Part shown: in pieces, positions 32,692 to 40,546 of the stretch
How the letters are laid out: each line of letters begins with the position of its first letter
How positions within the stretch are numbered: the first letter of the stretch is position 1
Assembly: GCA_038154405.1 (NCBI GenBank)
Contig: JAYPXF010000001.1
Span: forward strand, 167,747-214,462
DNA from: Verrucomicrobiales bacterium
GTDB lineage: Bacteria > Verrucomicrobiota > Verrucomicrobiia > Limisphaerales > JAYPXF01
DNA length: 46,716 nucleotides
Reading direction: 5' to 3'
The notes under the pieces: generated by a model
What the model saw: the letters and a program-made list of their open reading frames with translations, nothing else
The model's database searches: none
What the model was told of the DNA's origin: nothing
Translations under genes and position numbers: made by a program

Positions 32692-34389
32692 ATGACCACT
32701 CTCGACTACCTCACGCTGCTGTTGTACATCATCGGGATCTTCGCGATCAGCGTTGCCTCGGCGCGGCGCACCGCGAGCCAGAAGGACATGTTCGCCGCCG
32801 GCCGACAGTCGCCGTGGTGGGCTTCTGGCCTGAGCGGATTCATGACGATGTTTTCCGCGAACACCTTCGTCGTGTGGGGCGGCATCGCGTATGAACTCGG
32901 ATTCGTGGCGGTGATGATCAACACCTGCTACGGCATCGCGGCGCTGATGATCGGATACTACGTCGCCGGTTATTGGAACAAGCTGGGCGTCGCCACGCCG
33001 GCCGAATTCGTGCAGCTTCGCTTCGGCAAGACCGGTCTGCACTTCTTTACCTGGACGATGCTGCTCAAACGCATCCTCGGCGTCTCCGCCTCCCTCTACG
33101 CATTGGCGCTGTTGCTCGTCACCCTGATGCCGATGGATCTCACCCTGGCCATCATGCTCTTCGGCGGGATCGTGGTGATCTACACGATGATGGGCGGGCT
33201 TTGGGCGGTGCTGATGACGGACGTCCTGCAGTTCATTGTGCTCACCGTCGTCGTATTCCTGACCGCCATTCTCATGATCTTGGGCATCGACAGCTGGGGC
33301 GATTACTTCGAAGCCGTCCCTAGCACCTTCTTCAATCTCACCGCCGGCGGCTACGGATGGTTCTTCCTGCTCGGCTGGGTGATCATCCACTTTTTCATGA
33401 TCGGGGCGGAATGGGCTTTTGTGCAGCGCTTCATTGCCGTTCGTAATCCGGTTGAAGCGCGCAAATCGTCCTACCTGTTCGGCATCATGTATCTCGTCAC
33501 CCCGCTCTTCTGGCTGTTGCCACCGCTGCTCTACCGCGGTCAGGTGGGCGGCCTCGACAAGGAAAAGGCCTACATCCTCGCCGCCCAGTCTGTGCTGCCG
33601 CCTGGAGTACTTGGACTGATGGTCGCCGCTCTGTTCTCGGCCACCGCCAGCATGGTCAGTTCCCAGTTGAATGTCTTTGCCGGTGTGCTTACGAACGACT
33701 TCTACAAATCAATCTTTCACCCCAAGGCCAGTGAGCAGACGTTGGTCCGGGTCGGTCGCGTGTTCACCGCCTTGCTTGGTGGTCTGTTGGTTTTCATGGC
33801 GCTCATGGTTCCCAAGATGGGCGGTGCGGAGAAACTGATCGTCTCTATCAACTCCCTGCTCGTTGTTCCGCTCTTTGCCCCGACATTGTGGGGTCTTTTC
33901 AGCCGCAAGATCGGCATACGCGAAATGGTCATCGTGGCCCTGACGAGTTTCACCATCGGCGTCGCGCTGCGCTTTGGCATCGCCTCCAATCCGATGATCA
34001 CCGACGGCCATTCCCTGTGGGATTTCGCGAACTATCTCAAGGCCAACAAGAAGAACGTCGAGGTTTTGGTCGGCGTCATCCTGCCGATCGTCATGCTGTT
34101 CGTGTTCGAACGATTCAAAGGCGGCAACGATCTGCGTGCAATCGAACTTGAGAAACACTCAAACGAAGCCGAAACACAGATTCCTGCGGAAGGAACCACC
34201 GGGCAATTCGATCCCTTCCCGGCAAGGATGGTCATGTTCAGTCTCTACGTGATGAGTGCCTGGATGCTCGGGATTGGCGTCTGGGGCAGCCAGGATCGAA
34301 ACATTCTTTTTGGCTTCGCGGGAGTCTTGGTGGTGCTGGGAATCGCGGTCCAGATCGCACTGAAGCGATTGCAGCGTGTGGCCCGATAG
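32692..34389 (+). CDS. Sodium:solute symporter (SSS) family transporter
   Basis: 565 aa and polytopic. Typical SSS N-terminus LDYLTLLLYIIGIFAISVASARRTASQKDMFAAGRQSPWWASGLSGFMTMFSANTFVVWGGIAY, followed by YTMMGGLWAVLMTDVLQF. Confidence 0.9.
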   Translation: MTTLDYLTLLLYIIGIFAISVASARRTASQKDMFAAGRQSPWWASGLSGFMTMFSANTFVVWGGIAYELGFVAVMINTCYGIAALMIGYYVAGYWNKLGVATPAEFVQLRFGKTGLHFFTWTMLLKRILGVSASLYALALLLVTLMPMDLTLAIMLFGGIVVIYTMMGGLWAVLMTDVLQFIVLTVVVFLTAILMILGIDSWGDYFEAVPSTFFNLTAGGYGWFFLLGWVIIHFFMIGAEWAFVQRFIAVRNPVEARKSSYLFGIMYLVTPLFWLLPPLLYRGQVGGLDKEKAYILAAQSVLPPGVLGLMVAALFSATASMVSSQLNVFAGVLTNDFYKSIFHPKASEQTLVRVGRVFTALLGGLLVFMALMVPKMGGAEKLIVSINSLLVVPLFAPTLWGLFSRKIGIREMVIVALTSFTIGVALRFGIASNPMITDGHSLWDFANYLKANKKNVEVLVGVILPIVMLFVFERFKGGNDLRAIELEKHSNEAETQIPAEGTTGQFDPFPARMVMFSLYVMSAWMLGIGVWGSQDRNILFGFAGVLVVLGIAVQIALKRLQRVAR

Positions 34390-34393
34390 CGAC

Positions 34394-37300
34394 TCACTCA
34401 CGCCGGATGCGGAGGCAGTGATTTCCCGGAAACGGTCCTCGTAGCTTTGTCATCCCACCGTCCGGCCACTTGATCTCGATTGTCTCGACCTGGTCGAATT
34501 CTCCCAGACCGAAATGCGCTTCCTGTGGATCGAAGGAAATGAAACCGCCGCTGGCGCGGATTTCGCGCAGTTGGTGTTTCTTACCGTCATCGCCGTAGCG
34601 GATGACGATGCGGGAGCCGATGGCGAATCGATTGCCGCGATAGTCGCGCAATTGGATCGTCATGGAGTTGCCCTTGGGGCCGTTGTTCTCGAACACGCGG
34701 AGTGAGGCAAAGGTCACGGGCAGACTCAATACGTCGAGGTCACCATCACGATCAAAGTCCACGTAGTTGAACGCGCTGGTGACGGCGTAATCAGTCAGGC
34801 CGAATTCATCGGTTTCCAATTCGAAACGCTTACCGTCTTGATTGTGGAAGAAGGTGTTGTTGTCGCGATTCTTGGATTCGATCCAACCGGTGGCCACATA
34901 GAGATCTTGGTATTCATCGTGATCCAGATCGGCAAAGCCGGCATGCCAGGTCCAGCCGGCGCGGTGCAGACCGAATTCACGGGCGCGATCACTGAGCGCT
35001 CCGGCGGAATCACGGACCAGGAACAGATTGTCCATGCCGCGATACTGCGGGATCTGGTCCGGGTAATCCTCATTCTCCATCGCGATGTAGGGCGATTGGA
35101 TGCGCGACACGAACATGCGCACGTCGTTACGATGTTCCGGCGTCAGCGACAGGTAATCCTGCGTGGGATCGTTCACCGCGCTGCGGATCACTTGGTAGGC
35201 CATCCAGTCCTGACGCAGTTCCTTGGGAATGATGTGGTAGGTGAGCGCGAAGTTCTCGTTGCGATACGCGCGATACTTTTCCCGGAACTCCCGCATGAGT
35301 CGGCGCTCCTCCTCCGTGGCCGCCGTCTTCGCGTAATCGTCGAGGGAGATCCGGATGTTGTGCCGACCGCCCACATCCGTGCTCTCGGAAATCTGTGAAA
35401 AATAGAATTCCTGTTCCAGGTCGTTGTCGATGTCCGCAGCTTGGATGCTCATGGTGGATTCTGTGGTGATCGGGATCACCCCATCCTCGGGAGTGGCCTT
35501 CCGAAACTGTCCTTGGTCACCACCAAGATACAGGATGTCCGGTGCGAACCAGTCGTTGTAGCACATGAAGTCCGCCTGACCATCATGGTTGAAGTCGGTA
35601 GCCAACACACCATGGGTCTCTCCCGGCAGTGACGGCAGATCGGAGAGTTGCAGTCCGTCCGGACCCGGACCACTCACGAAGAGGATTTGGTTACGGCTGG
35701 ATTCATGGGAGATCGGCATCTTGCGCGCGACGTGGCCGATCGAGTAGTTGCCAAGGAACAGGTCCAGCCAGCCGTTGCCGTCGAAGTCATGGAAGCCGAT
35801 TCCGACTGCCGACGTGCCGGGGCGATGCGACAACGGAAACATGCGACCGTGCAGGAACTGGCCGCGCGTGTTTAGGTAGAGGAAATTGCCTTCATCCAAG
35901 GTGGTGAACACAATGTCCAACCATCCGTCGTTGTTGAAATCGATCAACGCGGCCGTCAGCACGCTCTTGCGGTTGAACACTCCCAGATCGAGTTCTTGGC
36001 GGGCAAACCGTTTGCCGCCGAGATTCGCATACAGATAGAGACCTCCGACATCCGCGTCGCCGCAGACGAGCACATCCGGATAGTTGTCCCCGTGCACATC
36101 ACCGCTCGCGAGTCCGCGCACAAACTGATGATGAAAGATGGCGAACTTCCGGATTGAGAAATGCGAAGGCTGTTCAATGCCCCACTGGTCTCCGGGAGTT
36201 CGGGTGAACAACTTTCCGTCAACGGATCGGCGCACCAGGGATTGAGTCTCGATCGTGATCTTCCCCGTCTGAGGCGATTGATTGCTGAAACCGTTGAACG
36301 CTTGGAACGGCTTGGACGCCTCCGCAATCGCCTTCTCGATTTCCACCCATCGACGAGCTGGTGTGACTTCCGGAATCTCGCGTTGAATGGGAGCGGACGT
36401 CCGGAAATGCGACTCCAACAGATTCCGATGCATGTTCTGATCGATCTGTCGGAGTGGCGGGGCGAACAGACCGGCCACCAGTGCGAATAATACGACCGCG
36501 CTGGTGACGATGGCGGCGACCCGTTGGGAGAAAGCCCGGGCGACGATCAGGTAGGAATAGAAGCTGTAGCTGCCCAGAGTGAACAACAACACCATCGCGA
36601 AAGACACGGGCACGCCCAGTCCCATCAGCATGGCGACCAAGACGACATCGAAGGCCATTGGTACGGGCAAGAACACACCGAACACCGCCAGGCCGATCAT
36701 CGCCCAGATTTGTTGATCGCCTTCGCCCAGATTGTTGATGGACTGGATGACATCGAACGGCAGGAAGGTAATCAGCGTGCTGCCGAGGAAACCCGCGAGG
36801 ATCATGAGCGGCACGGTCTGTTTGCCCAGGCGCAGCAGGTTGCTGAAGAAGGTCTTGAACGTCCAAACCAGTGCTTCACTCCAGTTTGCGGGCGGGCCTG
36901 TGTCCGCGGCGAGATCACAGACGGAATCGATCGAGCAGGATTCCGCAGCCTCGGTCTTGGCGGTCATCCACGATGCGGGAGCGAATCTCACGAGCAGTGG
37001 AACGAATCCGAAGATCAACAGCAGGGAGAATCCGAGTTTCAATGCCGCGAGGTACCACGGGAGCAACGAAAACATCATGCCGATCACGACCACGTTCATG
37101 CTCGGCGAACTGAGCATGGCGCCGAGTGCGGTTTCCGGCCGCGCACCGCTCTTCTTCAATCCGTAGGCGACCGGGGCGGCGCAGTTAACACAGAGCCCCA
37201 TTGGTGCACCGATGAGAAAGCCTTTGAACGTGTTGGCAAACAATCCCTCGATGCGTCCCTTTTCGATGAAGCCGAGCACGGTGACCAGGCAGGCTGCGAA

Positions 37301-37570
37301 CACGAGACCGAAGGCCATTCCCTTCTTGTTCGTATCCATCCAGTTGACCGTGGTGAACACGATCTTTTTCCACGCCGGATCGTCCGGTGATACCGGCAGC
37401 ACGATGTCGAAGGCGATCCCCTGCAGGTCCCGCTCCACGCCGATCGCGCCTTTTTCATTCAAGTCGGGATAGCGCGAACCCATCCAGAAACTCGCCGCCA
37501 CGCCGATCGTCAGCATGAGGCCGATGATCAGTCGCTTGTCGAAGAACGGATTGGCGCGCGTGGTTTCCAA
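34394..37570 (-). CDS. Fusion protein: UPF0718/ArsP-type predicted permease (N-terminal ~390 aa) + FG-GAP/VCBS repeat beta-propeller + ASPIC/UnbV C-terminal domain (CRTAC1-like)
   Basis: 1058 aa with a TTG start at 37570. The membrane part contains GAPMGLCVNCAAPVAYGLKKSGARPETALGAMLSSPSMNVV (the CxxC permease motif) and ~8 hydrophobic segments. FG-GAP/VCBS Ca-binding-like loops are DFNNDGWLDI, DFDGNGWLDL, DFNHDGQADF, DIDNDLEQEF, DLDHDEYQDL and DFDRDGDLDV. The ASPIC/UnbV-like end reads GNRFAIGSRIVIRYGDDGKKHQLREIRASGGFISFDPQEAHFGLGEFDQVETIEIKWPDG. Confidence 0.85.
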   Translation of the reverse strand: METTRANPFFDKRLIIGLMLTIGVAASFWMGSRYPDLNEKGAIGVERDLQGIAFDIVLPVSPDDPAWKKIVFTTVNWMDTNKKGMAFGLVFAACLVTVLGFIEKGRIEGLFANTFKGFLIGAPMGLCVNCAAPVAYGLKKSGARPETALGAMLSSPSMNVVVIGMMFSLLPWYLAALKLGFSLLLIFGFVPLLVRFAPASWMTAKTEAAESCSIDSVCDLAADTGPPANWSEALVWTFKTFFSNLLRLGKQTVPLMILAGFLGSTLITFLPFDVIQSINNLGEGDQQIWAMIGLAVFGVFLPVPMAFDVVLVAMLMGLGVPVSFAMVLLFTLGSYSFYSYLIVARAFSQRVAAIVTSAVVLFALVAGLFAPPLRQIDQNMHRNLLESHFRTSAPIQREIPEVTPARRWVEIEKAIAEASKPFQAFNGFSNQSPQTGKITIETQSLVRRSVDGKLFTRTPGDQWGIEQPSHFSIRKFAIFHHQFVRGLASGDVHGDNYPDVLVCGDADVGGLYLYANLGGKRFARQELDLGVFNRKSVLTAALIDFNNDGWLDIVFTTLDEGNFLYLNTRGQFLHGRMFPLSHRPGTSAVGIGFHDFDGNGWLDLFLGNYSIGHVARKMPISHESSRNQILFVSGPGPDGLQLSDLPSLPGETHGVLATDFNHDGQADFMCYNDWFAPDILYLGGDQGQFRKATPEDGVIPITTESTMSIQAADIDNDLEQEFYFSQISESTDVGGRHNIRISLDDYAKTAATEEERRLMREFREKYRAYRNENFALTYHIIPKELRQDWMAYQVIRSAVNDPTQDYLSLTPEHRNDVRMFVSRIQSPYIAMENEDYPDQIPQYRGMDNLFLVRDSAGALSDRAREFGLHRAGWTWHAGFADLDHDEYQDLYVATGWIESKNRDNNTFFHNQDGKRFELETDEFGLTDYAVTSAFNYVDFDRDGDLDVLSLPVTFASLRVFENNGPKGNSMTIQLRDYRGNRFAIGSRIVIRYGDDGKKHQLREIRASGGFISFDPQEAHFGLGEFDQVETIEIKWPDGGMTKLRGPFPGNHCLRIRRE

Positions 37571-37674
37571 AACGGTGTTGCGATTGGTATCTCAAATTCA
37601 TGGCAGATCTGCATGAAAGAAATTCAGGCTGATTCCGCTACCTCCTTGGCGAACACGTCCGTATAACCGACGGC

Positions 37675-38535
37675 ATGTCAATCAACGCGACCGTGATCGG
37701 ACAATACGAGGCGCAATGGGGCGAAGGACCGGTCTGGCACGACGGCCACCTGCTCTACGTGGACATCGAGGGAATGAAGATCGTGGATTTCGATCCCGCG
37801 ACCGGATCCGAGACGATCATCGAAGTGGGCGAACGCGTGGGAGTGGTCGTTCCGCGATCCTCCGGCGGATGGGTGATGGGTGGCGACAACGGGCTTGCAT
37901 TGGTGGATCCGAAGACGGGATCCCGCAATCCGATTGCGGATCCGGAACCGGACAAGAAACCGGACAACCGGTTCAACGACGGTAAGTGCGATCCAGCGGG
38001 TCGCTTCTGGGCAGGAACTATAACTACCGTGAAGAAGACCGGAGACGCCGCGCTCTATATGCTGGATGCGAATGGTGAGTTGCATCTGAAGTTTCCCAAC
38101 GTGACCAATTCCAACGGGCTCGCGTGGTCGGCGGACGCATCGCAGTTCTATTACATCGACACCCCGACCAGGAAGGTGCGCGTGTTCGATTTCGACAATG
38201 CTACTGGAGAGATCTCGAACGAACGCATCGCCGTGGACACCGGAGCGATTGACGCGAGTCCGGATGGCATGTCCATCGATGTGAACGGAAATCTTTGGAT
38301 CGCCTTCTGCCGGGGAAGCGCCGTGGTTTGCTTCGATCCTCGCAACGGCAACGAGCTCGACCGAGTTCCCATGCCGGTTTCTGGAGTGACGTCATGTGCC
38401 TTCGGTGGACAGGAACTGGATTTGCTTTACATCACCACCGGCCAGTTCACGGGGCAGCCGGAGGCCGGAGCCGGCAGACTGTACGTGGCGGAACCTGGCG
38501 TGGCTGGGCAGCCGACAGTCCCGTATGCGGGCTGA
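37675..38535 (+). CDS. SMP-30/gluconolactonase/LRE-family lactonase
   Basis: 286 aa. Motifs: WGEGPVWHDGHLLYVDI, NRFNDGKCDPAGRFWAGT, SNGLAWSADASQFYYIDT, PDGMSIDVNGNLWIA and LYITT. Confidence 0.85.
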   Translation: MSINATVIGQYEAQWGEGPVWHDGHLLYVDIEGMKIVDFDPATGSETIIEVGERVGVVVPRSSGGWVMGGDNGLALVDPKTGSRNPIADPEPDKKPDNRFNDGKCDPAGRFWAGTITTVKKTGDAALYMLDANGELHLKFPNVTNSNGLAWSADASQFYYIDTPTRKVRVFDFDNATGEISNERIAVDTGAIDASPDGMSIDVNGNLWIAFCRGSAVVCFDPRNGNELDRVPMPVSGVTSCAFGGQELDLLYITTGQFTGQPEAGAGRLYVAEPGVAGQPTVPYAG

Positions 38536-38717
38536 ATCGGGCTTGGGATAGGCAGACTATTCACGGTCGTATCTTGCGCTCCCGGGATGCTGGCGCGTCG
38601 ATTGACGTCCTTCTAGGTCGTTTAAACTTCGAGTCTGCGTAACGGCCTCGTCGGTCCGGTTGAACGCGGCATCGACGGAGCGATGCCCTCCATTGGCGTT
38701 TCGGATGGGACCGGTAC

Positions 38718-38761
38718 AGAAAAAGACCGGGTCAGATGTCCCTCGATATCTGACCCGGTCT
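38718..38761 (-). terminator. Rho-independent terminator of the SMR gene
   Basis: The minus strand reads agaccgggtcagat-atcgagggac-atctgacccggtct followed by ttttt: a 14-bp perfect stem (38724-38737 / 38748-38761), a 10-nt loop and a T5 run, ~85 nt downstream of the stop at 38847. Confidence 0.8.
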
Positions 38762-38846
38762 TCTGCAGTAGGAACCGAGAACCAATGGTGTTAGAACCAA
38801 GTGTGATTTTAGCAGAGGTCGTGCCGTTCCCGGTCGTTCTCAGATT

Positions 38847-39176
38847 TCAGTGGATCTTTCCCTTGGAAAACACGTTCAGCACCACAACTCCGGCTATAAT
38901 CAGCGAAATTCCCAACCATCCGGCCGGATCGATCCTTTGTTTGTGGATGATGGTCGCAAGAATGGAAACCAGAACGATCCCCACTCCGCTCCAGATCGCG
39001 TAGACCATTCCCATTTTCAATTCCTTGAGAGTCAGCGAAAGAAAGTAAAACGCTGAGCCGTAGCCGATCGTCACAATGGTGCTCGGGACCAGGCGGGTAA
39101 ACCCTTCGGCGGACTTCAGCGCCACCGTGGCGATCACTTCACTCACGATCGCAATGCTGAGATACAGATAGCTCAT
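38847..39176 (-). CDS. Small multidrug resistance (SMR/EmrE-QacE type) efflux protein
   Basis: Trimmed to ATG 39176: [29 protein letters not shown].. (conserved membrane Glu in SEV). 109 aa with four TM segments; AIWSGVGIV motif present. Confidence 0.85.
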   Translation of the reverse strand: MSYLYLSIAIVSEVIATVALKSAEGFTRLVPSTIVTIGYGSAFYFLSLTLKELKMGMVYAIWSGVGIVLVSILATIIHKQRIDPAGWLGISLIIAGVVVLNVFSKGKIH

Positions 39177-39272
39177 GCCCGTTGGTGGGCTGCCCGTCCC
39201 CAAATGCCAAGCATCAATGCCTTGCGTTCGGCATTGTCCGTCCGTGCCCATTGGTGTTCAATCCCGGCCCTC

Positions 39273-39626
39273 GTGAGCACGACGCATCCGTTGACCACCA
39301 CTGGCTTTGAGATTCCCAACTACCGGATCACCCGGTCATTGGGGGTGGTGCGGGGCATCATCGTGCGGTCGCGGTCGGTGATCGGGAATTTCGGGGCGAA
39401 CCTGCAGACCATCTTTGGCGGCAACATCACGATGTACACCACCATGTGCGAGCAGGCACGGGATGACGCGTTCAACCAGATGCTCACGCATGCGGCTGAA
39501 CTCGGGGCCAATGCGATCATCGGGATCCGTTACGACGCGAACGAAATCGGAGCCGGCATCACGGAAGTGCTTTGCTACGGCACGGCGGTTTTTGTAGAAC
39601 CCGAGGAAAAGAACTCAGATCAGTAG
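39273..39626 (+). CDS. ybjQ: YbjQ/UPF0145-family protein (putative heavy-metal-binding domain)
   Basis: From GTG 39273 the ORF is in frame with track ORF 39204. Motifs: [70 protein letters not shown] and EVLCYGTAV are typical YbjQ motifs. Start codon uncertain. Confidence 0.8.
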   Translation: MSTTHPLTTTGFEIPNYRITRSLGVVRGIIVRSRSVIGNFGANLQTIFGGNITMYTTMCEQARDDAFNQMLTHAAELGANAIIGIRYDANEIGAGITEVLCYGTAVFVEPEEKNSDQ

Positions 39627-39628
39627 AC

Positions 39629-40363
39629 ATGGCAGGACACAGTAAATGGGCCAACATCAAGCGCGCCAAGGGCGCCAATGACATCAAGCGGGGCAAGATC
39701 TTCGCCAAACTCAGCCGTGAGGTGACCATCGCCGCGCGCATGGGAGGGCCGGATCCGGACATGAATCCGCGCCTGCGCATGATGTTGCTCAAGTGCCGCT
39801 CGGCCAACATGCCGAAGGACAACATCGAACGCGCCATCAGCAAGGGTGCCGGTGGTGACGACGGCACGAAATACGAAGATCTGACCTACGAGATCTACGG
39901 TCCCGGCGGCGTCGCCATCCTTGCTGAGATCAGCACGGACAATCGCAATCGTACCGCGTCCGATATCCGCAGCTTTGTCACCAAAGCCGGCGGCAATATT
40001 GCCACGGCGGGAGCGGTCACCCGATTGTTCCAGAAGAAAGGCCAGATCGTTGTCGCTCGCGAGAACGCTGATGAAGACGAGTTGATGGAGCTTGCTTTGG
40101 AAGCAGGCGCGGAAGATTTCAAAGCCGAGCCCGAGGGTTTCACGATCGTGACCGAGCCGGACACTTTTGAAGAAGTTGCGAAGGCGGTGGAGGCCAAGGG
40201 CATCGCGACGGAGGTCGCCGAAATTTCCCAGATCCCTGACATGACCGCGCCCTTGGATGCCGGTGCCGCCAAGACGTTGAACACGTTGATCGAGAAGATT
40301 GAGGATCACGACGACGTGAACTCCGTGTACCACAACGCAGAACTGCCGGAAGACGAGGAATAA
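39629..40363 (+). CDS. yebC: YebC/PmpR-family DNA-binding transcriptional regulator
   Basis: Trimmed to ATG 39629: MAGHSKWANIKRAKGANDIKRGKIFAKLSREVTIAARMGGPDPDMNPRLR, the near-invariant family N-terminus. 244 aa. Confidence 0.9.
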   Translation: MAGHSKWANIKRAKGANDIKRGKIFAKLSREVTIAARMGGPDPDMNPRLRMMLLKCRSANMPKDNIERAISKGAGGDDGTKYEDLTYEIYGPGGVAILAEISTDNRNRTASDIRSFVTKAGGNIATAGAVTRLFQKKGQIVVARENADEDELMELALEAGAEDFKAEPEGFTIVTEPDTFEEVAKAVEAKGIATEVAEISQIPDMTAPLDAGAAKTLNTLIEKIEDHDDVNSVYHNAELPEDEE

Positions 40364-40546
40364 AATTCCAAACTCCAGCCAGAGTCACGGTAGGAATCGG
40401 CGTCGCTCGACTGGGGTTTCGGGCGTGAGGCTTCTTTGGAGTTTGAAGCTTGAGGCTTGGAGTTTTCCCTCAGGATTACTGATGACTGATCACTGTTGAC
40501 CGGCTACTTTCCGCGCCACGTGTCGGGGTCAGATGGCAAACCAAGC

